A stretch of 64,000 bases of DNA from Candidatus Latescibacterota bacterium (GTDB lineage Bacteria > Latescibacterota > UBA2968): NCBI GenBank assembly GCA_965207885.1, contig OZ242311.1:3712001-3776000 (forward strand), in the 5' to 3' direction. The translations under genes and the position numbers were made by a program. Positions 28,445 to 38,443 of the stretch are shown here, piece by piece (within the stretch, counting starts at the first letter, position 1; the number at the start of each line of letters is the position of its first letter). Below the pieces are notes generated by a model. It ran no database searches. It saw only the letters and a list, made by a program, of their open reading frames with translations, and was not told where the DNA came from.

Positions 28445-30140
28445 TCATTTTTCTCCTCAAAACAGCGGTCGCCTCAACATCCACATCGAGATCAGCCGTA
28501 AGCGCCACGCCGTAAGCGTCTCGCGCGGCCTCGACCGACAACCGCTCCTGTTTAACATCCTCCAGCACCCTTTTGGGATCGCGTTCAAAAGGCGATCCAT
28601 AGCCTCCACCACCCGGAATACGCAACGTCACCGACTGCCCGGGTTGGAGATCATAGCGACCCTTTGGCGGCAAAACAGTGCCATCCGACAAAAAAAGTTC
28701 GCCGCACCTGCCATCGCGTCCCCCCAAAAAACCGCGCGGTGCATAGCGCGTGCGATCGTACATACACGAATGCAGCGTGGGATGATCGGAGTCAACAGAC
28801 AAAACCATCTCCTGCCCCAGACCACCTCGAAAAGTACCCGCACCGCCAGAATCGGGAATCAACGCGCGCCTGTGCATAATCACTGGCGACACGGACTCAA
28901 TCGCTTCGGCAGGCACGCCCTTAATCCCACTGGGAAAAGCCGTTGCCGAGATCCCATCATCGCCGGGACGCGCGCCCATACCCCCCGCGGAAAAAAAGAT
29001 ATACGCAAAGCGTTCACCCGTGCGACCTATCCCCTCCAACTGCGTATTCCAAAGCCCAGCCGACCCATCGGCAATCACGCGATCGGGAATCGCCTGAGAA
29101 AGCGCTCCCAATAGCGGCTGCGAAAGAAAATGCCCAATCAGATGCCGCGCACCCACAGCACATGGAAATTGCGCGTTTAAGATACATCCCTCGGGTGCCG
29201 TAACTGTTATGGGACGAAAACTGCCTTCATTATTGGGAATATGCGGGCTAATGGCGCATTTCAAGGGATAAGTCGTATAGGCATGCGTGTAATTGTACAC
29301 CACATTGATCCCGCGATCGACCTGTGGTGACGTGCCCATATAATCAACGATCAAACTGCGATCTTTGACAATAACTTTTGCGCGAATAACCAGCGGTCTA
29401 TCGTACCCATCGAGTTTCACCTCATCCTCATACACGCCATTTGCAATCTCCGAAATCGCCTCTCGAGTCGCCATTTCTGACCGATCTAAAATCAGTTCCG
29501 ACAAACCCTCCAGATCCACGAGATCGTAATGTTCCAGCGCCTGAAGCAACTTGACAGCCCCCACATCATTCCCTGCCTGCTGCGCGTACAAATCGCCGAC
29601 AACCTGATCTGGCTCGCGCACATTTGCCCGCACAATTGCGATCAAATCGCGATTGATCTCTCCCTCGCTAAACAATTTCATAATCGGGATATTCAGGCCC
29701 TCTTCATACACCTGACGTGCACCGGCCCCCAGCGTGCGACCGCCAATATCCATGGCATGGCAAGTATTGGCAAACCACCCCACGCCCCTGCCCCGATAAA
29801 AAACCGGTGTGACAACTGTAATATCGTGCAAATGCCCCGACCCCATCCACGGATCATTGGTGAGCAAACTATCGCCGGGGTTCAGCGTATCAATCGGATA
29901 CGCTTTCACAAAATGCCGCACGCAATTCGCCATTGTATTAATATGTCCCGGCGTCCCCGTCACCGCTTGCGCCAGCATATTGCCCCCGCGGTCAAACACC
30001 CCCGCAGACAAATCGCCTGCCTCGCGCACCACCGTTGTAAAAGAAGCGTGCATCAGTGCTGCTGCCTGCTCATTCACAATAGAAATAAGGCGATTCCAAA
30101 GCACTTCCAGCTCAACCGCATCGATCTCGCGCCCCGTCAT
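28437..30140 (-). CDS. Hydantoinase B / 5-oxoprolinase beta subunit
   Basis: NDPWMGSGHLHD, EEGLNIP, DSGGAGTFRGG, PGGGGYG. Confidence 0.92.
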   Translation of the reverse strand: MTGREIDAVELEVLWNRLISIVNEQAAALMHASFTTVVREAGDLSAGVFDRGGNMLAQAVTGTPGHINTMANCVRHFVKAYPIDTLNPGDSLLTNDPWMGSGHLHDITVVTPVFYRGRGVGWFANTCHAMDIGGRTLGAGARQVYEEGLNIPIMKLFSEGEINRDLIAIVRANVREPDQVVGDLYAQQAGNDVGAVKLLQALEHYDLVDLEGLSELILDRSEMATREAISEIANGVYEDEVKLDGYDRPLVIRAKVIVKDRSLIVDYMGTSPQVDRGINVVYNYTHAYTTYPLKCAISPHIPNNEGSFRPITVTAPEGCILNAQFPCAVGARHLIGHFLSQPLLGALSQAIPDRVIADGSAGLWNTQLEGIGRTGERFAYIFFSAGGMGARPGDDGISATAFPSGIKGVPAEAIESVSPVIMHRRALIPDSGGAGTFRGGLGQEMVLSVDSDHPTLHSCMYDRTRYAPRGFLGGRDGRCGELFLSDGTVLPPKGRYDLQPGQSVTLRIPGGGGYGSPFERDPKRVLEDVKQERLSVEAARDAYGVALTADLDVDVEATAVLRRKMNG

Positions 30141-32215
30141 GCTTCCTCCCTGATGAGAATCAGATTACCCGTATCATCGACCTGCAACACCCATCCGGGC
30201 GGCAGTACCGTAGTGGATTCAACCTCCTCGACAATAGCGGGACCTTGCAAAACAACCCTTCTTCCGAGTTCCTCTCGCCTGTAAACCGAAGTCCCGTATT
30301 TCCCTTCCGAAAAAAGAACGTCGCGCTGTCCCTCGGGAACCTGATCACCAGCGACTTCCCCAACAGACGCAACATCACAAATTTCCGGCTCTGGCCCCGA
30401 AACCGTCACGCGCCAGTGGATGGCCTCAACGGGAACTCCCTCACACAGGCGTCCGTATAATTTTTTATACGATGCATCAAAAGCCGCTTGAAGCGCGCCA
30501 TCGGAACTTTCTGTGAATTCTCCCAAAGGTACGGGAACGCTTATCTCGTGCCCCTGCCCCACATATCGCATATCTGCCGTGCGTACCACGCGGATTTCAG
30601 AATCATCAATCCCCGCCTCTCGCACAAGCGCACGGCCTTCGTCTTCCATCTCCCCATAGAGCTTATTGACAACCTCGCGATCCAATGCGGCGATCCGCGA
30701 TACAAAACTCCGCACATAATCAAAAGCAATGGGCGCGAGCATCAAACCAAAAGCCGATCCCACACCCGCAGCTGGCGGCACAATCACCCGGTCAATCCCC
30801 AAGCGCATTGCAACCCCGCATGCGTGCACAGGCCCAGCCCCACCCGTTGCAACAAGCGCGTATCCATTCAAATCAATCCCGCGCTCGGCAGCGTGAACCC
30901 GCGCGGCATTGGCCATATTTTCATTCACCAAATCGTGAATACCCTGTGCGGCGCGCACGCGATCCAGCCCGATAAATCGCGCAAATTCATCGACCGCATC
31001 CGCAGCGCGACCCACATCCAGATCCATTTGTCCGCCCAAAAAATACCCGGCATTTAAATAGCCCAACAAGAGATCGGCATCCGTCACCGTGGGTAACTGT
31101 CCACCACGCGCATAACAGGCAGGACCGGGATCTGCCCCCGCACTTTGCGGTCCCACCGTAGGCAAACCCAATTCACTCGCATGCGCGATACTGCCCCCGC
31201 CAGCCCCAATTTCGATCATATCGAGCACAGGCACGAGCAAGGGCAAACCGCTGCCGCGCTTGAAGCGATAAACCCGTGCGACCTCCGATTCAGTCGTAAT
31301 GGGGAACGCCCCATTTTCGCTCAAAATGGCCTTTGCCGTCGTGCCCCCCATATCAAATGCGAGAATCTGCCGATACCCCGACCGATTGCCGTAATGCGCC
31401 GCGGCAAGCGCGCCGCCGCAAGGACCGGATTCTACGAGACGCACGGGAAAACGCACTGCGGTCTGCACAGAACACGACCCACCGTTTGAAAGCATAATAT
31501 GCAGCGGTGCTAAAATCCCCAGCGCCTTCAACCCATCTTCCAAACGCGCGAGATATTTTGCCACCATAGGCTGCACATAAGCATTTGCCACAGTCGTGGA
31601 AGTACGCTCAAATTCTCGAAGTTCGGCGGCAACCCTGTGCGAAACCGAAATGGCGACATCGGGCATAAGAGAACGCACAATTTCCTCTGCTCGACGCTCG
31701 TGATCGGGATTGACATAAGCGTGCAAAAACACAATGGCGACTGCCTCCACCCCGCGCAACGCCTCGCAGGCTTTGACCACATCATCTTCATTTAATGGCG
31801 TCATCACCTCGCCACGCGCGTACAGCCGCTCCCGCACCTCAACGCGCAACCGCCTCTCAACGAGGGGTTCAGGCAATTTTAAAAACAAATCGTAGATATC
31901 GTAACGTCCTTCGCGCCCGATTTCCAGCGCGTCTCGAAAACCCGCTGTCGCAATCAGCCCGGTCTTAGCCCCCCTGCGCTCAATCAGCGCGTTTGTCACC
32001 AGCGTCGTGCCGTGAACCGCTCGGGAAATCGCGCCTGGCGATACCCCATCGAGCACCTCTTTCACGCCCTCCAGCACACTGACCGAAGGGTCTGGAGACT
32101 GCGTCAACACCTTCGCCACAGACAAAACACCCGAAGCGTGTTCTCTCAACACAACATCTGTGAATGTGCCGCCAATATCTATTGCAAGCGTGTATGCCTC
32201 GTCGCTCACCATCAT
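30137..32215 (-). CDS. Hydantoinase A / 5-oxoprolinase alpha subunit
   Basis: DIGGTFTD, HGTTLVTNA, DMGGTT, IGAGGGSIA, SAGADPGPACY. Confidence 0.93.
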   Translation of the reverse strand: MMVSDEAYTLAIDIGGTFTDVVLREHASGVLSVAKVLTQSPDPSVSVLEGVKEVLDGVSPGAISRAVHGTTLVTNALIERRGAKTGLIATAGFRDALEIGREGRYDIYDLFLKLPEPLVERRLRVEVRERLYARGEVMTPLNEDDVVKACEALRGVEAVAIVFLHAYVNPDHERRAEEIVRSLMPDVAISVSHRVAAELREFERTSTTVANAYVQPMVAKYLARLEDGLKALGILAPLHIMLSNGGSCSVQTAVRFPVRLVESGPCGGALAAAHYGNRSGYRQILAFDMGGTTAKAILSENGAFPITTESEVARVYRFKRGSGLPLLVPVLDMIEIGAGGGSIAHASELGLPTVGPQSAGADPGPACYARGGQLPTVTDADLLLGYLNAGYFLGGQMDLDVGRAADAVDEFARFIGLDRVRAAQGIHDLVNENMANAARVHAAERGIDLNGYALVATGGAGPVHACGVAMRLGIDRVIVPPAAGVGSAFGLMLAPIAFDYVRSFVSRIAALDREVVNKLYGEMEDEGRALVREAGIDDSEIRVVRTADMRYVGQGHEISVPVPLGEFTESSDGALQAAFDASYKKLYGRLCEGVPVEAIHWRVTVSGPEPEICDVASVGEVAGDQVPEGQRDVLFSEGKYGTSVYRREELGRRVVLQGPAIVEEVESTTVLPPGWVLQVDDTGNLILIREEA

Positions 32216-32290
32216 CTCCTTTGCATTTATTTTTCTTCTTCATCTCAAAAATAAAGAACAGCCCCTTTACCAACAAAGACAAAATTGACC

Positions 32291-32319
32291 TTGACAAGCC
32301 ATGATCCTTTTTGTAATTT
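32291..32319 (+). promoter_or_regulatory. Sigma-70 promoter of tRNA-Gly
   Basis: TTGACA-N17-TAATTT with a TG just upstream of the -10. Confidence 0.75.
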
Positions 32320-32336
32320 TTGAGTCCTCACAACGA

Positions 32337-32413
32337 GCGGGAATAGCTCAGCTGGCTAGAGCATCTGCTTGCCATGCAGAAGGTCGCGGGTTCGAATCCC
32401 GTTTCCCGCTCCA
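32337..32413 (+). tRNA. tRNA-Gly (GCC)
   Basis: GCGGGAA acceptor stem, D-arm, anticodon arm TCTGC-TTGCCAT-GCAGA, GGTTCGAATCC T-arm, encoded CCA. Confidence 0.97.
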
Positions 32414-32420
32414 TTAACCC

Positions 32421-32448
32421 AACCCGTTAAATTAACGGGTTTTTTTTA
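32421..32448 (+). terminator. Intrinsic terminator after the tRNA
   Basis: AACCCGTTAA-A-TTAACGGGTT followed by a T-tract. Confidence 0.8.
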
Positions 32449-32461
32449 TGGAGTAAACCGC

Positions 32462-33601
32462 TTGTCATCAGCTCTTGCCCGAGAAATAGCCAACCTTCGC
32501 CTGCCTGCGCTTGCCCTTTGGGCACCTGGACCACACATGCTCACCCCTGCGGTTCGCCGGGTCTTGCAAACATATCAGGCGACCTATTCCCACCGATCCG
32601 CTGAATTTCAAGCTTGCTATCAAAAAACTGTAGATTTGCTGCGCGAAGTCTTTCAAATTCCACGCGGATTTACTCCGCTCATCTTCGGTCACACCGGCAG
32701 CTACAACTGGGAAATGGTCGTCACCAATACGCCCTACAATAGCGCGACACTGGGCATGGACATCGGTGCTTTTTCAAAAAAATGGGCACAGGTATTCACA
32801 AGTCACGGGCGCGACATCGACATCTTAAAAGCCGATTGGGGCGACGGCATCTGCGCTCGGACATGGTCCAACGCCATTGCCAAAAACTACGACCTTGCCC
32901 TTTTGACCCACAACGAAACATCTACCGGTGTTATGCTGCCCATTCAGGAAATGTGTGACACCGTCCGCAAAGCATCTCCCAAAACTCTGGTTGCCATTGA
33001 CGCAGTCAGCATAGCAGGGGCATCAGATACGCCGATGGAGACCTTGCGCCCCGACTACTATCTCTGGAGCCTGCAAAAAGACTTCGCGTGTCCCACCATC
33101 GGCTCTCTCATGATTGTATCCGACCGCGCGTTTGACATCGCAGCCAACACGCCAAACCGCGGTTATGTCCTCGACTTGATCGAATGGCGAACGCGCGCAA
33201 AAACAGCCCAAACCCCCATGACCGTAGCCGACCTGACTTTACAATGCCTGAATGCGCGTCTCGAAGAAATGAAACGAGAAGGCGACCAGCGCTTCAAACG
33301 CCATCAGAGCCTCGCCCACATGCAACGCGAATGGACAGTAAAACACGGCCTGAGCCTCATAGCCAAACCGAGATACGAGAGCCTGACCGTAAATGCTATC
33401 CTCTTGCCAGACCACATTTCGGGTTCTGATTTCGTCGATCGCGCAAAAAAATTGCTCAATGTACAACTCGCCCCGGGCTATGGCGACACCAGAGACAAAG
33501 CCTTCCGCATTGCGGCTATGGGCCACACGTCAGAATGCGATATGCGACGCGTACTCAAGGGCCTCTCCCTCATCCTCAACAACTGGTCAAAACTCGAGTA
33601 A
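32462..33601 (+). CDS. Class V PLP aminotransferase (alanine-glyoxylate/serine-pyruvate-like)
   Basis: TTG 32462 after GGAG; PGP, SHRS..F, HNETSTGV, DAVS, SLQK (PLP Lys), FRIAAMG. Confidence 0.88.
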   Translation: MSSALAREIANLRLPALALWAPGPHMLTPAVRRVLQTYQATYSHRSAEFQACYQKTVDLLREVFQIPRGFTPLIFGHTGSYNWEMVVTNTPYNSATLGMDIGAFSKKWAQVFTSHGRDIDILKADWGDGICARTWSNAIAKNYDLALLTHNETSTGVMLPIQEMCDTVRKASPKTLVAIDAVSIAGASDTPMETLRPDYYLWSLQKDFACPTIGSLMIVSDRAFDIAANTPNRGYVLDLIEWRTRAKTAQTPMTVADLTLQCLNARLEEMKREGDQRFKRHQSLAHMQREWTVKHGLSLIAKPRYESLTVNAILLPDHISGSDFVDRAKKLLNVQLAPGYGDTRDKAFRIAAMGHTSECDMRRVLKGLSLILNNWSKLE

Positions 33602-33605
33602 TCCC

Positions 33606-34430
33606 ATGCCACCTCCCACCTCCATGATCTGCCCAGGCTGTGGCTACCTCATCAATACCGATGAGAAAAGATGCCCCCATTGCGGCGCTTATAATCCCAG
33701 TCTCTGGGGTCTCGGTCCCGCGCTGAACCGGCTTTTTGGCGGTCGCATCGACGTCCTCACCCTGATACCCACCGCGTGTATTGCCCTTTACGCAGTCAGT
33801 CTATTGCTCGACCTCGGCGCCGCACTGTCTATGGGCGGCGGGCTTTTTGGCATGCTAAGCCCTGGCAATATCCCGCTGATCGTTCTCGGTATGACCCACG
33901 GCGAAGCCCCCTGGTGGACCGTGCTCACCGCGACATATCTTCACGGCAGCCTCCTTCACATCCTCTTCAACGTCCTGTGGATTCGGCAACTCGGTCCCGA
34001 GGTCGGGCAGTTCTTCGGCCCGGCGCGCTATTTTATCATCTACACCGTTGCGGGAGCTATCGGCTTCATCCTCTCCAATCTCATCTCAGGCTATCCCACC
34101 GTAGGCGCGTCGGGTGCGATCTTTGGACTTTTTGCCGCCATCATTGTGTACGGCCGCAACAACAAAACACAGATGATGTCACTCATGACGCGGCAGATGT
34201 GGCAATGGGCCATCATGCTATTTGTCCTGGGCTTTCTCATGAGCGGCGTCAACAACTGGGCGCATCTGGGCGGTTTTATCGGCGGCTGGATCGCAGCGCA
34301 AATCCTCGTTTCCAGTGCAGAATACCGCGAAGGGCGCATCACCATTCTCATAGCCCTGCTCTGTCTTTTGCTCACCGTCCTCGGCTTTGTCCTTTCAATC
34401 TTAGAATACTTCCCACTCCTCCTGTCCTGA
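33606..34430 (+). CDS. Rhomboid intramembrane serine protease with N-terminal zinc ribbon
   Basis: CPGC-x10-CPHC; HGSLLHILFN, GASGA (Ser), AHLGG (His). Confidence 0.9.
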   Translation: MPPPTSMICPGCGYLINTDEKRCPHCGAYNPSLWGLGPALNRLFGGRIDVLTLIPTACIALYAVSLLLDLGAALSMGGGLFGMLSPGNIPLIVLGMTHGEAPWWTVLTATYLHGSLLHILFNVLWIRQLGPEVGQFFGPARYFIIYTVAGAIGFILSNLISGYPTVGASGAIFGLFAAIIVYGRNNKTQMMSLMTRQMWQWAIMLFVLGFLMSGVNNWAHLGGFIGGWIAAQILVSSAEYREGRITILIALLCLLLTVLGFVLSILEYFPLLLS

Positions 34431-34437
34431 CGCGGGC

Positions 34438-36045
34438 CTATCTCCCCAATCTCACATCCACAGGCTCAGGTATCCATGAAGCGGTAATGCCCAGATCACT
34501 GTGAATAACCTGTGCTGCATTATACCCCGGCAAACCAGTCACATTTCCGCCGGGATGACAGCACGACCCGCAAAGGTACAGCCCTTCAAAATATCCCCGA
34601 TAATGCCCCGCACCGGGAAACGGACGGTTATACCCCGTCTGCCCATTTGTAAACGCACCCACGAGCAAATCCCCATCCCGCATATTGGGCAATGCGCGTT
34701 CGACATCCAGCGGACTGCGAACAAAAGAATCGATCACACAATCCTTCAAATTGGGCGCGTATTCAGACCACATATCCAGCATATCGCGACCAACCACATC
34801 CCGCTGACGATCCCAGTTTGCAGAATCACCATACAGATGAAATGGCAACTTCTGCCACATAAACGCCGTGTGTTTTCCCAAAGGAGCCTGTGTGGCATCA
34901 AAATGCGTTGGACACGCGCCCCACATCACAGTCGGCGGAATCGTCCCCTTTTCGTGGCGGGCAACAATATCCACATATTGATCCGCGTGTTCCAACCCCA
35001 GAATAACCATCAGCGCATCCGCCACTTCCGGATGTTTTTCCACAGCGCGATAACGCGGCGATTCACTCAAATTCAAATGGAGAGCGAACAGCGGAGCCAG
35101 CACATTATACTTAAATCTCTCGACCCGGTTTTTCCAAGCATCGGGCAACGCCTCGCGGTCAATCAAATCGAGAAACGTCTGATGGGGATTCAAGCTGGAT
35201 ATGACCACAGGCGCTTTGATATACTTGCCAGCCACCGTTTCAACACCTCTAACGCGATTATCCTCCACCACAATGCGCCCGGGTTCGGTTTGCAACCAAA
35301 TCTCCCCACCCATATCAGAAATAGCAGCAACCAGCGCGCGCGCCAGTCCCGCTGCCCCGCCCACACACATCTGAGCTTTCCCCTTGCTCGCCAGCAAAGC
35401 CGGTATATGATGTCCAAATCCCGAGGCGCGCAAATCCACTTCGCGCAGCCCATTGAAAAACAACAACCCGGCTCGAATGACCGGGTGTTCAAATTCCCGA
35501 TTCACAAACTCGTGCGGGGAAAGCGCGCTGACTTCGAGCAACATCTTCCCCTCTCGGGACTGCGACAAAATTTTTCGCCTCAACGCCTGCGGCAAAGGCG
35601 GCCCCTGTGCCTCGACAGACAGAATATTTCTCACAACGGGGTCAAACGCATCGCGCCATCGCCGAAGTGTCTGTGCATCCCTTTTGCTAAACCGTGCAAA
35701 ACTGTCTTCAGTGCGTTCAAAATCCGTGTACCATTTCAGCACATCGCCATTTCGCAGCACAAGCGCCACATTCAGTTCGGGTTCAATATAGCGCGCGCCA
35801 TACCGTTCCAGATGCAAATCGCCAAACCACGGCATTTGCGTGATAGCGCGATGAAAAAAAGAATGCGTATTGTGCAAAAAACCCGGATAACGGGGGTCTT
35901 CAACAGTCGCCAGCCCGCCTCCGGGTTTATCCGATCGCTCCAGGCAAATCACATTGAGTCCTGCGCGACACAAATACGCCTGCAAAATGAGGCCATTGTG
36001 CCCGGCACCCAGCACAATCGCATCAAAGCTTTTATCCTCTCCCAT
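34438..36045 (-). CDS. FAD-dependent oxidoreductase (phytoene dehydrogenase-like superfamily)
   Basis: GAGHNGL..YL, GGG, SPLD.ER, GLYLCGS..HPGG.VTG.PGYNAA. Confidence 0.88.
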   Translation of the reverse strand: MGEDKSFDAIVLGAGHNGLILQAYLCRAGLNVICLERSDKPGGGLATVEDPRYPGFLHNTHSFFHRAITQMPWFGDLHLERYGARYIEPELNVALVLRNGDVLKWYTDFERTEDSFARFSKRDAQTLRRWRDAFDPVVRNILSVEAQGPPLPQALRRKILSQSREGKMLLEVSALSPHEFVNREFEHPVIRAGLLFFNGLREVDLRASGFGHHIPALLASKGKAQMCVGGAAGLARALVAAISDMGGEIWLQTEPGRIVVEDNRVRGVETVAGKYIKAPVVISSLNPHQTFLDLIDREALPDAWKNRVERFKYNVLAPLFALHLNLSESPRYRAVEKHPEVADALMVILGLEHADQYVDIVARHEKGTIPPTVMWGACPTHFDATQAPLGKHTAFMWQKLPFHLYGDSANWDRQRDVVGRDMLDMWSEYAPNLKDCVIDSFVRSPLDVERALPNMRDGDLLVGAFTNGQTGYNRPFPGAGHYRGYFEGLYLCGSCCHPGGNVTGLPGYNAAQVIHSDLGITASWIPEPVDVRLGR

Positions 36046-36050
36046 AGCTT

Positions 36051-36869
36051 TTACCAGTAGCGTTCTATATGTATCTGCCCGGGATCTCTCCGCTTGTGTT
36101 CCTTAAAACCCTCTGAAATCAAAATTTCTGTCACATCATCGCACATATAGGGATTACCACATACAAACACATGCGTATCTTCAGACGTGGGATGTCCGCC
36201 CCAGACCTCATCGAGCGGACCATCTGTCCACAAATTCTGCACATAACCCGTATATCCGCTCCACGCCACATGCTCATTTGCCGGACGGCTAATCTGGGGG
36301 ATATAAATAAAATTAGCGCATAAATCTTGCATCATCTCCAATTCAGATCGATACCCCAAATCCCATGAATGTCGCGCCCCGTGCAACACTACAAAACGCC
36401 GCTCTGTATTTTCCTTCAAATAAGTCCGCAGCATACTCATATAAGGCGCCAATCCCGTGCCCGTCGCCACCATCACGACATTTTTATTCGGTGGCACATC
36501 TTGCAGCGTAAACATACCCGTAATTTTTGGCCCCAACCAGAGGCGATCGCCAATTTCGAGCGCGAATAACCTGGGCGTCAACGCCCCCGACCTCACCAGG
36601 GTGATATAAAACTCGAGGTACTCTGTTGCCACCGAAGAAGATGCAATAGAATACGCCCGCCGGATCAAACCTCTCTGCGGCTTCTCGTAATCTTCGACAG
36701 GGTCTGAATACTCTGTGCGGGGTGCATCAGGAGGCAATCCGATCACGCCAAATTGCCCGGCTTCAAAAGCCGGCAATTCCCATCCGTCGGGCACAACGCG
36801 AAGAATAATCAAATCGGGGGTCACTTCGAGACGTTGTGTCACAACGGCATTGAGTTCATCCTTCGGCAA
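36051..36869 (-). CDS. fpr: Ferredoxin--NADP+ reductase (Fpr type)
   Basis: RAYSIAS, GALTPRL, ATGTGLAPY, VCGNP, C-terminal ERYW. Confidence 0.9.
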   Translation of the reverse strand: MPKDELNAVVTQRLEVTPDLIILRVVPDGWELPAFEAGQFGVIGLPPDAPRTEYSDPVEDYEKPQRGLIRRAYSIASSSVATEYLEFYITLVRSGALTPRLFALEIGDRLWLGPKITGMFTLQDVPPNKNVVMVATGTGLAPYMSMLRTYLKENTERRFVVLHGARHSWDLGYRSELEMMQDLCANFIYIPQISRPANEHVAWSGYTGYVQNLWTDGPLDEVWGGHPTSEDTHVFVCGNPYMCDDVTEILISEGFKEHKRRDPGQIHIERYW

Positions 36870-36879
36870 ACCACCCTCC

Positions 36880-37926
36880 TTAAGCTAAGGTTATACCAAC
36901 TGCCTGTCCTGTTTCGCAAATCTGTCGCCAGGTCTCATCATCTATATCTACACCACGGGCTTCTTTCTCCCGCCGCATGCGCGCTTCCATCTCACCTGGC
37001 ATCAAAATTTCATCAAACCCGGGCGCGAGCCGGGCACTCTTCAAAAACTGAACAAATGATTGCATCTCATCGCGAAATTGATCGCGTCCGACAAAAGCCC
37101 CAATATCCAGCGCCATAATAAACACCCCATTGCCACCGGAAAGTCCACCTTCGCGACTGCAACCACCGCCACCGAGTGCGCCAGACAAAACATCAACCAC
37201 CACAGAAAGCGCGTAGCCCTTATGCGCAGAAATCCCGCCAAAAGGCAAAATAGCCCCTCTGGGCGGACCATAAAACTTTGCCGGATCCGTCGCCGGATCG
37301 CCCTCTGCATCAATAACCCATCCTTCGGGCAGCGATTCCCCCAAATTGCGCTTCACCCGAATTTTCCCTTCCGCGACAACACTCGTGGTCAAATCCACGA
37401 CTATCGGAAAATCGCCTCCCGTGGGAATACCCACAGCAATGGGATTGGGCGACATGCGCGCGTCAATACCGCCAAATGGATGCTGAAGCAATCCCCCGCC
37501 GTGATTATTGCACATCACAATGCCAATCATCTCGGCCTCGGCAGCGACCTCCACATATTCACCCAGACGCCCAATATGCCCGCTATTGAAAAGCTCGACC
37601 ACGGCAACCGACCGCTGTTTTGCCTTCTCCATTGCCAGCGCCATAGCCTGATGGCAAACCGTTTGTCCAAACCCCCAACCACCATCGACAACCGCCGAAG
37701 CATCGGCCTCGCGCACAACCGCGATCTCTTGCCCTGCATGCACGCGCCCTTCCTCGAGTGCCTGAACGTATTGCACCAGGCGAATCACACCGTGGGAATC
37801 GTGCCCCATCAAATTGGACAACACCAGCGAATGCGCAATCTGGCGCGCTTCTTCCGCGCCCAGACCCGCGCCTTCAAACACCTGTGTACAGGCCCCTTTG
37901 AGCCTCTCAACATCCAGAACAGGCAT
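36880..37926 (-). CDS. Ldh_2 family (malate/L-lactate/sulfolactate-type) oxidoreductase
   Basis: GHDSHG, SGHIGRLG, NPIA, AEGKI, HKGYAL, PGE; start ATG 37926 after GGAGGAG. Confidence 0.9.
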   Translation of the reverse strand: MPVLDVERLKGACTQVFEGAGLGAEEARQIAHSLVLSNLMGHDSHGVIRLVQYVQALEEGRVHAGQEIAVVREADASAVVDGGWGFGQTVCHQAMALAMEKAKQRSVAVVELFNSGHIGRLGEYVEVAAEAEMIGIVMCNNHGGGLLQHPFGGIDARMSPNPIAVGIPTGGDFPIVVDLTTSVVAEGKIRVKRNLGESLPEGWVIDAEGDPATDPAKFYGPPRGAILPFGGISAHKGYALSVVVDVLSGALGGGGCSREGGLSGGNGVFIMALDIGAFVGRDQFRDEMQSFVQFLKSARLAPGFDEILMPGEMEARMRREKEARGVDIDDETWRQICETGQAVGITLA

Positions 37927-38010
37927 ACACTCTCCTCCCAAATCGCAATCGGGCCATAATCTACCATTAACGAGCATAATGGTCAATAATTGAGTCTAAT
38001 TTCTCACCCC

Positions 38011-38397
38011 TCAAAGCATCTTCTCTTTGCGATGCACCAGTTGCACGCAAACGCCCCAGGGATCGCGCAGCATCGCCAGCGTATCCCCTGCATCCGTGGG
38101 TTCGGGTTCCTGCACAACCGTTGCACCCGCGGCTTTCAATCGCGCGAAATCGGCCTCAATATCCTCGGTCGCATAAGCAAAATGCAGTGCCAGATGGTGC
38201 ATCGAAGCATAATCTGGCGTCTCCACCTCTGGCTGGTGATAAAGCTCGTACATCGTCTCCCCTTCCGAATCCGCCACAAACGTCATCTTGATGGGTGGTG
38301 GCCCCTGGCGCACAACGCGCATACCCAGATTATCGCAATACCACTTTGCAACCACATCGGGATCATCAACCACAAAAGCAATGTGTTCAATCTTCAT
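38011..38397 (-). CDS. VOC/glyoxalase family protein
   Basis: IEHIAF.V.DP...WY..NLG, HFAY, LRDPWG..QLV. Confidence 0.88.
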   Translation of the reverse strand: MKIEHIAFVVDDPDVVAKWYCDNLGMRVVRQGPPPIKMTFVADSEGETMYELYHQPEVETPDYASMHHLALHFAYATEDIEADFARLKAAGATVVQEPEPTDAGDTLAMLRDPWGVCVQLVHRKEKML

Positions 38398-38443
38398 CTC
38401 TTTCTCCTTATCAATAATGATGGGCAGATTCACGGGTCTGCCC

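Noticed and set aside
32337-32460. tRNA-Gly as an island integration site
   Set aside because: No integrase and no duplicated tRNA 3' end seen; flanking genes have ordinary composition.
32369-32461. N-terminal extension of the aminotransferase ORF
   Set aside because: It overlaps tRNA-Gly and its terminator; a TTG start with RBS exists at 32462.
34438-36045. Carotenoid biosynthesis (crtI)
   Set aside because: No crtB/crtE nearby; only generic superfamily motifs.
34501-36060. 519-aa plus-strand ORF (likewise 45829-47271, 22696-23748, 18550-19500, 37060-37959, 28218-29114)
   Set aside because: Antisense shadows of well-supported genes, with no recognisable motifs.
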